Below, piece after piece: positions 18,406-28,359 of a stretch of DNA of 64,000 nucleotides. The stretch is from Gemmatimonadota bacterium (lineage in GTDB: Bacteria > Gemmatimonadota > Gemmatimonadetes > Palauibacterales > Palauibacteraceae). The stretch is from assembly GCA_048060725.1 (NCBI GenBank), contig JBGMQU010000002.1, positions 1,033 through 65,032 on the forward strand, read 5' to 3'. Under the pieces are notes generated by a model that did not search any database, was not told the origin of the DNA, and was given only the letters and a program-made list of their open reading frames with translations. Made by a program: the position numbers and the translations under genes. Each line of letters starts with the position of its first letter. Within the stretch, counting starts at the first letter, position 1.

Positions 18406-19863
18406 ATGAGCGAACGCATGGTGAAGGCCGGGCTTCCGGCGGCGAAGGAAGTGGATGTTCTGGCGGTGGCATGGCTTGCGGAAGCTCCGGTGACCGGGGC
18501 CTGGTGGGAGGAACCCGCCGCACGGTGGCTCGAGCGTCAGGAGACGCTGGGCTCCTCTGAGCCCAGCGGTTGGGTGAGGCTGGACGCGGAAGGTCAACCG
18601 GATCTGTTCGTCGTCCGTATCGGGGACGCGGTGCCGGCGGATGTCGCGATTCGCCGCGCCTCCGGCGTCGCGGTACGGGCGGCTCGCGAGCGTGGCGCAG
18701 ACTCGGTGGGTTTCGTGGTCCCGGAGTGGGTCCCCGACTCCGCCGCGGCGTGGCAGGCGGCGGCGGAGGGCCTGGAGCTCGGAGATTGGCGATACGACGG
18801 ATTGCGCGACGACGAGAGACTCTCCAATCCGCCGTCCACGCGCGTGCTTTACAGCGGAAACACGCAGGCGATGCCGGACGCCGCGGCCGTGGCTCGCGGT
18901 CGCACTCTGGCCATGGCCCAGAATACCGCGCGCGAGTTGATCACCTTGCCCGGTAACGTCGCCACGCCGCGCTACCTCGCCGACTCGGCGAAGCGACTGG
19001 GGGAAGCCCACGGATTCGAGGTGCAGGCGTGGGGCGAGGACAAACTCCGCGAGGAGGGGTTCGGTGCTCTTCTGGCGGTCGCGAAGGGGTCCCTCGAGGA
19101 GCCGCAGTTTCTCATCCTCGATCACGCCGGCGCCGGCGGCGATCCGTTCGTGGTGGTGGGAAAAGGCGTGACCTTCGATGCGGGCGGCATCTCGATCAAA
19201 CCCGCCGCCGGTATGGAAGACATGAAGTACGATATGTCCGGAGCGGCGGCCGTCATCGGGATCATGGTCGCCGCTGCGGAGCTCGACATTCCTCAGCGCG
19301 TCGTGGGGCTGATCCCGGCCACCGAAAACCTTCCGTCCGGGACCGCGGTCAAGCCCGGGGACGTGATTCGGGGGTTGTCGGGCAAATCGATAGAGGTGAT
19401 CAATACCGACGCCGAGGGACGGCTCATACTGTCCGACGCGCTCACCTTCGCCCAGCGACTGTCTCCTCGCGCGATCGTGGACATGGCGACACTCACCGGG
19501 GCGTGCGTGGTCGCTCTCGGGCACCACGCGCTGGCACTCATGACATCGAGCGACGAGTTGGCAGAGCAGCTGCAGGTCGCCGGACAGTCCGCCGACGAAC
19601 GGGTGTGGCGTCTCCCTCTCTGGCCGGAGTATCGGAAACAAATGGACTCCGAGATCGCCGATATCAAGAACACGGGCGGTCGGGCCGCCGGGACGATCAC
19701 GGCGGCCTGGTTCCTACGCGACTTCGTCGAGGACGGGGTGGAGTGGGCCCACCTGGACATCGCGGGCACGGCCTGGTCCGATGATGCCCGGGGCTGGCAG
19801 CCGAAGGGGGCCGTCGGGGTCGGGGTGCGGCTGGTGCACGAATGGCTCAGGGGACGTTCCTGA
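18406..19863 (+). CDS. pepA: Leucyl aminopeptidase (M17)
   Basis: NTDAEGRL signature and the VGKGVTFDAGGISIKP metal-site region; GAGGAGG SD upstream. Confidence 0.9.
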   Translation: MSERMVKAGLPAAKEVDVLAVAWLAEAPVTGAWWEEPAARWLERQETLGSSEPSGWVRLDAEGQPDLFVVRIGDAVPADVAIRRASGVAVRAARERGADSVGFVVPEWVPDSAAAWQAAAEGLELGDWRYDGLRDDERLSNPPSTRVLYSGNTQAMPDAAAVARGRTLAMAQNTARELITLPGNVATPRYLADSAKRLGEAHGFEVQAWGEDKLREEGFGALLAVAKGSLEEPQFLILDHAGAGGDPFVVVGKGVTFDAGGISIKPAAGMEDMKYDMSGAAAVIGIMVAAAELDIPQRVVGLIPATENLPSGTAVKPGDVIRGLSGKSIEVINTDAEGRLILSDALTFAQRLSPRAIVDMATLTGACVVALGHHALALMTSSDELAEQLQVAGQSADERVWRLPLWPEYRKQMDSEIADIKNTGGRAAGTITAAWFLRDFVEDGVEWAHLDIAGTAWSDDARGWQPKGAVGVGVRLVHEWLRGRS

Positions 19864-21704
19864 TCCTCCGCGGTGCCAGGCGGGCGGTGCTTGCGGGTCT
19901 CGGGCTCCTGGCGGGCATCTCGCTACCGGCGACCGGGCAGGATCCGCCACCCGTAGACACCCTGGTCGCCGCCTTACCCGATTCCGCTCGCGGGCTGTTC
20001 GAGCGACCTTCCCGCACAGAACCGCAGGCCTTTCCCCAGCGGCGATTCGAGTTGCGTGGCTCGGCCACGGAGGTGTTCGAGTGCGATCGCGGCTGCCTCC
20101 TCTCATCCAGCGCCCTCTCACTGCTCGACCTGTTGTCCGAGTTCGTACCGGGCGTGACGAGCCTCCGCGCGGGGTACCTCGCGGGTCCTCACCAGCTGCT
20201 CGACGGGCCGTACGGCGCCGGCTTCGTCGCCCTCTACATCGATGGGCGGGAGGAACCCTCCCTTGAACGCGCGCAAACCGACCTCGCGCGGCTGTCGCTG
20301 GTGTACGTCGAGCGTGTGCGCGTTTTTCGAGACCCTGCGGGTCTCATCATCGATGTGGAGACGTACCGACACTCCGGTCCTGCATATTCGCGGATCGGCG
20401 GCGGAACGGGGAACCCCCGCCTCCAGACACTGGAGGGCGCGTTCGCGAACGGGCTCTCAAACGCGTTCATCATCAACGGCGGCTTCCAGTTACTCGACTC
20501 GGAGCAGGGAGGGGCGGCGAACAACCGCTTCGACGCGATGGCGCGGGTCTCATGGATGCCGCGTTCCAATGACTTCGGCGTGCAGTTCGAATACCGCACC
20601 GAGTCGATCGACCGAACCGCGGCCGACACGGCCGAGGTGCGTCGAAACTCCCTGCTGCTGCGCGCGCGTGGAAACCTCGGCGATCGAACGCAGTTCGAGC
20701 TCTACGGGGCTCGATCCAGCTGGAAACTGAAAGACGGCGGCGCGGGGCTGGTACTCCCGCCGTCAAGCGAAGATGAGACGGACGAGGAACGGGCCGCACG
20801 CCTCTCGCGAGGGGCCGACGTCGTCTCTGCACGGCTCACGAGCGGTCTGGGCAGAGGCTCGGGCTCGATCGAAACGCGGCTGTCCTCCGGCGGGGCCTAT
20901 GCCTCGTTCACGGGCGACCTGTCCGCCGGGTATCCGGTGGGTCCCATCGTCGTCGAGGCGGGATACGGACTTGGAACCTGGACGGGCTTCTCCACGTCCG
21001 CCTGGCGCGGAGGGGTGGCTTTCTCCGATACCCTGCTCATCCCCTTCACGTTGCGTGGCTTTGCTTCGGGAGGCGATCGGGGCGTTGGCGACCCGGTGCT
21101 CGACACCGCGCAGGTCGTGGGGTTCAGCGCGGCCGGTCTTGGCGGGGATTTGGGCCTGGGGCCGTTCCACCTGTCCGGAAGATACTCGGCTCAATCGCTC
21201 GATCGAGAACTGGGGTTCAACGCCAGCTGGGACCGGGCCGCCGTCCTCGACTCGGCCGCCGTCGACATTTCGACCTGGGAGGCGCGGTTCGCAGGTCCGC
21301 TGATCCCCATAGGCAAGATCATTCCGGGTCTGGCGCCGATTCGAATTCGCGGATACTACCGCTCCAATTCGACCGCGGGAACGCTGCCGCTCTATGTTCC
21401 GGACACGATGGCGCGGGCCGAACTCACGCTCAACGACACGTTCTTCCAGAACAATTTGGAACTCTGGCTGAGCGTGTATTTCGAGCGGACGGGTGCCCGT
21501 CGGGTGCCTGTCGCGGGCGATGCGGAAGTCATTACCGTCGAGGCCTACTCATGGCCCGGAGGGCAGCTGATGGTGAAGATTGGGGACTTTCGTTTTTTCT
21601 ATCGTTTCCAGAATCCGGGCGGTCAGAGCGTAGCCGATATTCCGGGTGCGACCTTCCCGCTCGCGCTGGGCGTGTTCGGGATTCGCTGGGAGTTCTTCAA
21701 CTAG
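19842..21704 (+). CDS. Outer-membrane beta-barrel protein, TonB-dependent-receptor-like (plug-like N-terminal region)
   Basis: Signal peptide (RRAVLAGLGLLAGISLPATG). Plug-like segment LLDLLSEFVPGVTSLRAGYLAGPHQLLDGPYGAGFVALYIDGREEP ... YVERVRVFRDPAGL. Amphipathic beta-strand pattern through to an aromatic C-terminus (IRWEFFN). The start overlaps the pepA 3' end by 22 nt. Confidence 0.5.
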   Translation: MAQGTFLILRGARRAVLAGLGLLAGISLPATGQDPPPVDTLVAALPDSARGLFERPSRTEPQAFPQRRFELRGSATEVFECDRGCLLSSSALSLLDLLSEFVPGVTSLRAGYLAGPHQLLDGPYGAGFVALYIDGREEPSLERAQTDLARLSLVYVERVRVFRDPAGLIIDVETYRHSGPAYSRIGGGTGNPRLQTLEGAFANGLSNAFIINGGFQLLDSEQGGAANNRFDAMARVSWMPRSNDFGVQFEYRTESIDRTAADTAEVRRNSLLLRARGNLGDRTQFELYGARSSWKLKDGGAGLVLPPSSEDETDEERAARLSRGADVVSARLTSGLGRGSGSIETRLSSGGAYASFTGDLSAGYPVGPIVVEAGYGLGTWTGFSTSAWRGGVAFSDTLLIPFTLRGFASGGDRGVGDPVLDTAQVVGFSAAGLGGDLGLGPFHLSGRYSAQSLDRELGFNASWDRAAVLDSAAVDISTWEARFAGPLIPIGKIIPGLAPIRIRGYYRSNSTAGTLPLYVPDTMARAELTLNDTFFQNNLELWLSVYFERTGARRVPVAGDAEVITVEAYSWPGGQLMVKIGDFRFFYRFQNPGGQSVADIPGATFPLALGVFGIRWEFFN

Positions 21705-21744
21705 ACTCCACATTCGTGCGTAGCACCATTCTCAGGAGGCGTAC

Positions 21745-22626
21745 TTGATCCGCAGCATGACGGGATACGGGTCGGCCAGCATGAACGTCGATGACCGGAC
21801 AATTACGGTCGAAGCTCGCTCGGTCAATTCCCGCGGCCTCAAAGTCGTGGTGAAGGGACCACCGGGAATCGAGGGGCTGGAAGTCGATCTGCGCGCGGTC
21901 GTCGAGCGTGGCGCCCGCCGCGGGCGAGTCGATCTGTTCGTGCGGGTGGACGAGCGAGCCGAATCTGCCGCGAGCCGGGTACTGGACGAGGAGCGCGTGC
22001 GGGATCTCCTCGCCGGGGCGGAACGTCTTCGCCGCGAGTTCGGTGTCTCTGGCGAGCTCGACCTGGCGACGATGGCGCGGCTTGGCGGGCTCTTCAAAGA
22101 CCGGGCGCGGGACGTGGATCCGGCTCTGCTTGCCGAGGCCGCGGCCGAAGTCACGGGCAGGGCGATGGTCGGACTGGTCGAGATGCGCGAGCGCGAAGGC
22201 GACCGTCTCGAAGACGACCTCCGCGAGCGACTGGCGGGATTGGATTCCGGGCTCGCGGCTTCCGAGAAGCTGGCGCCTGAGCGCCTGCAGCGGGAGCGCG
22301 CGCGTATCATCGCCGCGGTGGCCGAACTGGCCCAGAGGGGTTTCGACGAAGATCGAATGGCTCGCGAGATCGCCATGATCGCGGATCGTTGGGACGTTGG
22401 GGAGGAACTCGTACGAGCCCGGTCACATCTTGCCGCCTTCGCGGAATACCTCGACCGTCCGGGTGACGAGCCCGTCGGCAAGCGGCTGGGGTTTCTCGTG
22501 CAGGAGCTTCAGCGCGAGGTGAACACGCTGGGCGCGAAGGCGAACGACACGAGAATCACGGCGCACGTCGTCGAGATGAAAAACGACATCGAGAGGCTCC
22601 GCGAGCAGGTGGAAAACGTCGAATGA
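21745..22626 (+). CDS. yicC: YicC family stress-induced protein
   Basis: N-terminal (M)IRSMTGYG hallmark; TTG start 5 nt after AGGAGG; the conserved yicC-gmk-rpoZ arrangement. Confidence 0.85.
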   Translation: MIRSMTGYGSASMNVDDRTITVEARSVNSRGLKVVVKGPPGIEGLEVDLRAVVERGARRGRVDLFVRVDERAESAASRVLDEERVRDLLAGAERLRREFGVSGELDLATMARLGGLFKDRARDVDPALLAEAAAEVTGRAMVGLVEMREREGDRLEDDLRERLAGLDSGLAASEKLAPERLQRERARIIAAVAELAQRGFDEDRMAREIAMIADRWDVGEELVRARSHLAAFAEYLDRPGDEPVGKRLGFLVQELQREVNTLGAKANDTRITAHVVEMKNDIERLREQVENVE

Positions 22627-23303
22627 GCGAACGCCCCGACGCGTCCGCCCGGGCGTTCGACCCCGACGCTTCGTACCCCGTGATCCTGGCCGGTCCGTCG
22701 GGGGCCGGGAAGACATCGCTGCGAGATCGTCTCCTTGGTCGGGCGCTGGCCGCGCGCTTCCTGTTCTCGGTTTCCATGACCACGCGCGCTCCACGCGAGG
22801 GCGAGGAGGAGGGGTCGGACTACCGGTTCGTCGATGTCGAGCGTTTCGAGACGCTGGCCGCCGATGGCAGGATGCTCGAGCACGCCGTCGTCCACGGAGA
22901 CCTCTACGGCACCCCGATCGCGAACCTCGATGCGGCACGGGAGGCGGGAAGACACTTGCTGCTCGACATCGACGTTCAGGGCGCGCGGCAGGTGCGTGAG
23001 CAGGTTCCCGACGTCGTGTCGATCATGGTGCTCCCGCCGAGTCGAGAAGAGATGCTCCGGCGGTTGCAGGGAAGGGGGACCGAGAACGACGAGCAACTTC
23101 GCCGTCGGTATGTCTCCGCCGTGTCGGAGTTGGAGGCCGTTGGCGAGTTCGATTACGTAGTGATCAACGACGTTCTCGACCACGTCGTCGAAGACGTGCG
23201 GGCGATCATCGAGGCAGAGGAGCACTCGATCTCGCGAGTCGGAGAGGGGGCCCTGAAATTCGCGAACAGACTGAAGGGTGAAATCGAACGGCAGATGCAG
23301 TAA
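22623..23303 (+). CDS. gmk: Guanylate kinase
   Basis: P-loop GPSGAGKTS; ATGA overlap with yicC. Confidence 0.9.
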   Translation: MSERPDASARAFDPDASYPVILAGPSGAGKTSLRDRLLGRALAARFLFSVSMTTRAPREGEEEGSDYRFVDVERFETLAADGRMLEHAVVHGDLYGTPIANLDAAREAGRHLLLDIDVQGARQVREQVPDVVSIMVLPPSREEMLRRLQGRGTENDEQLRRRYVSAVSELEAVGEFDYVVINDVLDHVVEDVRAIIEAEEHSISRVGEGALKFANRLKGEIERQMQ

Positions 23304-23377
23304 GTTGCTCGGCTCGGCCCGACACAGGATAGCACGGACACACTGTTTCAAAACCAACGCGCGGATAGGGGCGATAC

Positions 23378-23596
23378 ATGAAGGTCTTTACACCGGACCA
23401 GGTCGCGAAGGCGGCCAGCAACAAATACCTGGGCGTACTCGTGGCGGCGAAGTACGCTCGCGAGCTAAACGCGTTGCCGCTCGAGCGGTCGCCCTACGGG
23501 GCTGTGAAGCTGACGACGATCGCCGTCGAGGCGCTGACCTCCGACGAGCACAAGCTCCAGTACCGCCTGGTCGGCAAGCACCCTTCTGAAGGGTAG
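23378..23596 (+). CDS. rpoZ: DNA-directed RNA polymerase subunit omega
   Basis: 72 aa; NKYLGVLVAAKYARELN matches the RpoZ core; positioned between gmk and coaBC. Confidence 0.85.
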   Translation: MKVFTPDQVAKAASNKYLGVLVAAKYARELNALPLERSPYGAVKLTTIAVEALTSDEHKLQYRLVGKHPSEG

Positions 23597-23644
23597 TCTT
23601 CCCTAATCTGGTCAACCCCGCCGGGCCGCGGCGGAGGAGCGACG

Positions 23645-24844
23645 ATGCGGCCCTTCGATGGACGCCGGGTGCTGCTTGTCGTCTCGGGCGGCATCGCAGC
23701 CTACAAGAGTGCCTTCCTGGCTCGTCGGCTCACCGAAGCCGGAGCCACGATCGACGTCGTGCTGACCGGGGCGGCCCGGCGATTCATCGGTTCCGTCACG
23801 TTCGAGGGCATCACGCACCGCCCCGTCCATACGAACGTCTGGGATCGACCAATGGCTCATCTCGATCTCGGCCGTCTGGCGGATGTGGCGGTGGTGGCCC
23901 CGGCCACGGCGGACATGTTGTCGCGGCTTGCCTCCGGACGCGCGAACGACCTCGCGGCGGCGACGCTTCTCGCCGCCGCCTGCCCATTGATTATCGCTCC
24001 GGCCATGAACACCCGGATGTGGCGTCACCCCGCCACCCGGCGCAACGTCGCCCTCCTTGCGGAGAGCGGGGCCACATTCGTGGGTCCCGATGACGGACCG
24101 CTGGCCGAGGGAGAGACGGGGATGGGGCGCATGGCGGAGCCGCCCGAGGTGCTCGCCCAGATCGGCCGAGTCCTCGAGGGTGACTCGAAGCTGGCAGGCC
24201 TGAAAGTCGTCGTTACGGCGGGGCCGACTCGGTCTCATATCGACCCCGTCAGGTTTCTCTGCAATCGTTCCTCCGGCCGTATGGGGTTTGCGCTGGCCGC
24301 CGCCGCGTGGCGTCGCGGTGGCGACGTCGTGCTGATCAGCGGTCCAGGGCAGGCCGCGCGCCCGCACGGGCCCCGCATCGTCGAAGTAGAGACCGCGCGG
24401 GAGATGCTCTCGGCGCTTGAAACCGAGTTGACGGACGCTCACATCTTGCTCAAGGCGGCGGCCGTCAGCGACTTCGAGGCGTCCGAGGTGCGGGAGTCCA
24501 AAATCAAGAAGGAGGCGAACGGGACGCTGAATCTGTCCCTCCGGCCAGGTCCGGACCTGCTCCTCGCAACGCGGGACGCTCGGGCCGGCAGGGGAGTGTT
24601 CACTCTGGGCTTCGCGCTCGAGACCGACAATGCCCTCGAGAACGGTCGCGGAAAGCTCGAGGCCAAGGGTCTCCAGTTGATCGCGATCAACGATGCCACG
24701 GACCCCGACGCCGGCTTCGAAGTCGCGACCAATCGAGTCACACTTCTCGATGAGGCGGGGCACCACGAAGAGTTGCCCGTTCTCCTCAAGGAAGAGCTGG
24801 CCGATCGACTTCTGGACCGCATCGAGCAGGCGCTCGACGCGTGA
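23645..24844 (+). CDS. coaBC: Bifunctional phosphopantothenoylcysteine decarboxylase / phosphopantothenate-cysteine ligase
   Basis: N-terminal flavoprotein domain (VLLVVSGGIAAYKS) and a C-terminal CoaB domain (VVTAGPTRSHIDPVRFLCNRSSGRMG). Confidence 0.9.
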   Translation: MRPFDGRRVLLVVSGGIAAYKSAFLARRLTEAGATIDVVLTGAARRFIGSVTFEGITHRPVHTNVWDRPMAHLDLGRLADVAVVAPATADMLSRLASGRANDLAAATLLAAACPLIIAPAMNTRMWRHPATRRNVALLAESGATFVGPDDGPLAEGETGMGRMAEPPEVLAQIGRVLEGDSKLAGLKVVVTAGPTRSHIDPVRFLCNRSSGRMGFALAAAAWRRGGDVVLISGPGQAARPHGPRIVEVETAREMLSALETELTDAHILLKAAAVSDFEASEVRESKIKKEANGTLNLSLRPGPDLLLATRDARAGRGVFTLGFALETDNALENGRGKLEAKGLQLIAINDATDPDAGFEVATNRVTLLDEAGHHEELPVLLKEELADRLLDRIEQALDA

Positions 24845-25587
24845 CGGACCAGGGGCCTCCGCCGGCCGATCTCGTGCGACGGTACCTCGAAAACTTACGG
24901 GGCCTCGGGACATCCGAGGTGATCCTGGAGGGTCTCACTCGCGACGAGGCGCTGGCGCTGTCCGCCGGTCGGCCCGGAGTCGGCGCTCGTGTCGACGGCC
25001 CCATCACGGACGAGTCGATTTCCGACGCGCCGGATCTCCCGTCCCTGTCTGCGCTCGTTTCGGCGTGCACGCGCTGTGCGCTGCACCAGACACGAAAGAT
25101 GCCGGTGTTCGGGGAAGGGGCGGACGACGCCCGGGTGGTCTGCGTGGGCGAGGCCCCCGGTGCTCGGGAGGACGAAACCGGCCGCCCGTTCGTGGGCCGG
25201 GCGGGCCAGTTGCTGGATCGTCTGCTTCTGACTGTGGGCCTGGGGAGAGAATCGGTGTATATCTGCAATGTCCTCAAGTCTCGTCCACCGAATAACCGGG
25301 ATCCGCTTCCCGATGAAGTCCAGGCTTGTTCGCCATATCTCCTCCGACAGCTCGCCCTCATCGAGCCCGAGGTCATCATCGCCTTCGGCGCGTTCGCCGC
25401 GCGAACGCTGCTCGGGACGACGTCGGCGCTCGGACGCATGCGCGGGTCGGTGCACCGGTACGCGGGATATCCCGTCGTGGTGACCTACCACCCTGCGGCC
25501 CTGCTTCGAAACCCGGGCTGGACACGCCCGAGTTGGGAGGACCTGCAGCTCGTGAGGCGGCTGCTCGATGGGCAGATGCGTGGCTGA
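24841..25587 (+). CDS. Uracil-DNA glycosylase, family 4 (4Fe-4S type)
   Basis: CTRCALHQTR ... VGEAPGARED ... GRPFVGRAGQLLD motifs; GTGA overlap with coaBC. Confidence 0.8.
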   Translation: MTDQGPPPADLVRRYLENLRGLGTSEVILEGLTRDEALALSAGRPGVGARVDGPITDESISDAPDLPSLSALVSACTRCALHQTRKMPVFGEGADDARVVCVGEAPGAREDETGRPFVGRAGQLLDRLLLTVGLGRESVYICNVLKSRPPNNRDPLPDEVQACSPYLLRQLALIEPEVIIAFGAFAARTLLGTTSALGRMRGSVHRYAGYPVVVTYHPAALLRNPGWTRPSWEDLQLVRRLLDGQMRG

Positions 25588-26977
25588 TTCGGCGATTCCG
25601 TTGACCCACGATGCGTTCCAGGGACGGCAAGCGCCCTGGTCCGAGGAGGCCGAGCTGTCCGTGCTCGGTGCAATGCTGATCGACGGGGACGCCGTTGCGG
25701 TCGCCATCGAACTGATCGCCGATGGGGCGTTCTACCGCGAGGCGAACCGCCGGATCTACCGGGCGATGGTGAGACTCTACAACCGCAGCGATGTCATCGA
25801 CGCGGTGACCCTCGCGGACGAGTTGAAGTCGGCGGGGGAGCTCGATGGTGTGGGCGGAATGGCCTACCTCGCGCAGCTCGTGGATGCGGTTCCGACGGCC
25901 GCGAACGTCGAGTACCATTGCCGGATTCTCCGGGACAAGGCGGTTCTTCGGCGACTCATCGAATCGGCGACCGAGATCGTCCAGGACGCGTACCAGGCGG
26001 CTGGCGGGGAAGTCGAGGAAACCCTGGATCGGGCGGAACAGCGAATCTTCGAGATCGCGCAGACGCAGCAGCGCAGCGGCTTCGTCTGGATCAAGGAGAT
26101 CCTCTGGCCGGCCTTCGAGAGGATCGAGGAGCTGCAAAGGAACCCCGGGTCCGTCACCGGTGTCCCGACCGGCTTCCCGGAACTCGACAACATGACGGCG
26201 GGCTTTCAGCCCGGCGATCTGATCGTGCTTGCTGGCCGTCCCTCGATGGGAAAGACGGCACTCGCGTTGAATTTCGCGCAGCATGCGGCCATCGAAGCCG
26301 AAGTGCCGGTGGCCGTGTTCTCGCTCGAGATGTCGAAGGAGTCGCTGGTTCAGCGGCTCCTGTGCGCCGAGGGTCGGGTCGACTCGAGCCGCCTGCGCCG
26401 GGGCTCGCTCCAGGACGATGAGTACCAGCGTCTGGCGACGGCCGCGGGACTCCTGAACACGGCGCCGGTCTGGATTGACGACACGCCCTCGATTTCTGCA
26501 CTGGAGGTTCGGGCCAAAGCTCGGCGGCTGACGGCAGAGGTGGATCTCGGTCTGATCGTGGTCGACTACATGCAGCTCATGACCGGGCCCTCCCGCGCCG
26601 AGAATCGGCAGCAGGAAATCAGCGCCATCTCCCGGGGTCTCAAGGCGGTGGCCAAGGAACTCGGTGTACCGGTGCTTGCGCTCTCTCAGCTGTCGCGAGC
26701 CCCCGAGCAACGCACCGGCGACCATCGCCCCCGCCTGTCAGACTTGCGGGAGTCCGGGGCCATCGAGCAGGACGCCGACCTCGTCCTCTTTATCTTCCGC
26801 GAAGAGGTGTACAAGTCCCGCGAGGAGGTCGAGCAGGATCCCACTCTCGCGGGTCGGGCCGAGCTGATCATCGGCAAGCAGCGCAACGGACCGACCGGCG
26901 GACTCGGCCTCTATTTTCACAAGAGCTACACGCTCTTCGAGCCGGTCTCGCAGCGGGACGAGCCTCCGCCCTTCTGA
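25568..26977 (+). CDS. dnaB: Replicative DNA helicase DnaB
   Basis: N-terminal EAELSVLGAMLID; Walker A GRPSMGKTALAL; no intein. Confidence 0.9.
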   Translation: MGRCVADSAIPLTHDAFQGRQAPWSEEAELSVLGAMLIDGDAVAVAIELIADGAFYREANRRIYRAMVRLYNRSDVIDAVTLADELKSAGELDGVGGMAYLAQLVDAVPTAANVEYHCRILRDKAVLRRLIESATEIVQDAYQAAGGEVEETLDRAEQRIFEIAQTQQRSGFVWIKEILWPAFERIEELQRNPGSVTGVPTGFPELDNMTAGFQPGDLIVLAGRPSMGKTALALNFAQHAAIEAEVPVAVFSLEMSKESLVQRLLCAEGRVDSSRLRRGSLQDDEYQRLATAAGLLNTAPVWIDDTPSISALEVRAKARRLTAEVDLGLIVVDYMQLMTGPSRAENRQQEISAISRGLKAVAKELGVPVLALSQLSRAPEQRTGDHRPRLSDLRESGAIEQDADLVLFIFREEVYKSREEVEQDPTLAGRAELIIGKQRNGPTGGLGLYFHKSYTLFEPVSQRDEPPPF

Positions 26978-28359
26978 TGGCGGCGACGCAGCGATTCATC
27001 TGTCGTGACTGCGGACGCGAGACGCTGCGGTGGGAGGGCAAGTGCCCCGGTTGCGAGTCGTGGAATTCGCTGGACGAGGTTGCCCCGAAAGCGAAGTCAC
27101 GCGGGGCGATGCGCTCTGCGAACGGGTCGACTCCCGGCCCGCTCAGTGCGAGCGCCGGAAAGGAAATGCCGCGGAGGGCGGTCGGTCTCGGAGAGGTCGA
27201 TCGTGTCCTCGGGGGAGGTTTCGTTCCGGGCTCGATTCTGCTGCTCGGTGGTGCGCCAGGGGTAGGGAAGTCGACCCTGTTGCTTCAGGCGGCCGGTCGA
27301 GTGGCGTCTTCGGGCGGCAAGGTCCTCTACGTGTCGGGCGAGGAGTCGGAGGAGCAGGTGCGGCGTCGAGCCCGGCGAATCGGTGGGGGAACCGGCGACG
27401 TGTTGTTCATGGCCGAGACATCTGCCGAGGCGATCGTGGATGTGGCACGTGCGACCCAGCCCGATCTGGTGTGCGTCGATTCGATCCAGACGACCGTGAC
27501 GGAGGGCGGCTCGTCGGCTCCGGGGTCGGTCAGCCAGGTTCGCGACGCAGCCGACGTTCTTCGGGTCTACGCGAAGGAATCGGGGACGCCTACGGTGATC
27601 GTCGGCCACGTGACCAAGGGTGGCGGTATCGCCGGCCCGCGAACCCTGGAGCACATGGTCGATGTCGTGATGCAGTTCGACGGCGGTGACTCGGCCCGGG
27701 TCCTCCGAGCGACGAAGAACCGCTTCGGACGAGTCGGCGAACTCGCGGTGTTCCGGATGGCCAGCGGCGGTCTGGTGCCGGTTTCCGATCCGGGACGGTT
27801 TGCGCTCCGGGACCGGGCCGCGGGTCCGGGATCTGCCGTAACGGCCACCATCGAGGGGGCACGCCCGCTGGTCGTCGAGGTGCAGGCCCTCACGACTCCG
27901 TCGAGTCAGCCTGCTCCGCGTCGGATGACGACGGGATACCCGCAGCGCCGACTCTCGATGCTGTTGGCTGTCCTCGAGAGAAGAGGAGGGGTTCCGCTGG
28001 AGCGGTCGGAGGTTTTCGTCAACGTCGTCGGGGGATTTCATGTCGCCGATCCCGTGGTGGATGCCGGCGTCCTCGCCGCGCTCGTATCGTCCGAGCTCGA
28101 CAGGGTGCTTCCCTCCGGGTGCGCCTTTCTGGGGGAGGCGGGACTGACCGGTGAGCTGCGAAGCGTTCCCGAGCGAGAGGCGAGGTTGAGGGAACTCGTA
28201 CGGGCAGGGGTCACGGACGTCGTCCTGCCGACGTCGGAGACGGTGGAGGCGGGGGACGGCGACGTGCCGGTGGGCGTGTCTCTGCACGAGGTTCGGTCGG
28301 TGCACGATCTGGTTTCCTGGGTGTCGTCGAGGGCGGCTTCCACTCTTCCGTCCGCATGA
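26977..28359 (+). CDS. radA: DNA repair protein RadA/Sms
   Basis: N-terminal zinc finger CRDCGRE...CPGCESWN; Walker A GGAPGVGKSTLLLQ; C-terminal Lon-like domain. Confidence 0.9.
   Translation: MAATQRFICRDCGRETLRWEGKCPGCESWNSLDEVAPKAKSRGAMRSANGSTPGPLSASAGKEMPRRAVGLGEVDRVLGGGFVPGSILLLGGAPGVGKSTLLLQAAGRVASSGGKVLYVSGEESEEQVRRRARRIGGGTGDVLFMAETSAEAIVDVARATQPDLVCVDSIQTTVTEGGSSAPGSVSQVRDAADVLRVYAKESGTPTVIVGHVTKGGGIAGPRTLEHMVDVVMQFDGGDSARVLRATKNRFGRVGELAVFRMASGGLVPVSDPGRFALRDRAAGPGSAVTATIEGARPLVVEVQALTTPSSQPAPRRMTTGYPQRRLSMLLAVLERRGGVPLERSEVFVNVVGGFHVADPVVDAGVLAALVSSELDRVLPSGCAFLGEAGLTGELRSVPEREARLRELVRAGVTDVVLPTSETVEAGDGDVPVGVSLHEVRSVHDLVSWVSSRAASTLPSA

Noticed and set aside
18570-18956. Gly/Arg-rich 128-aa ORF (GRGRSTGS...GGGGGPGARRL)
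   Set aside because: It is an alternate frame of pepA with no start context.
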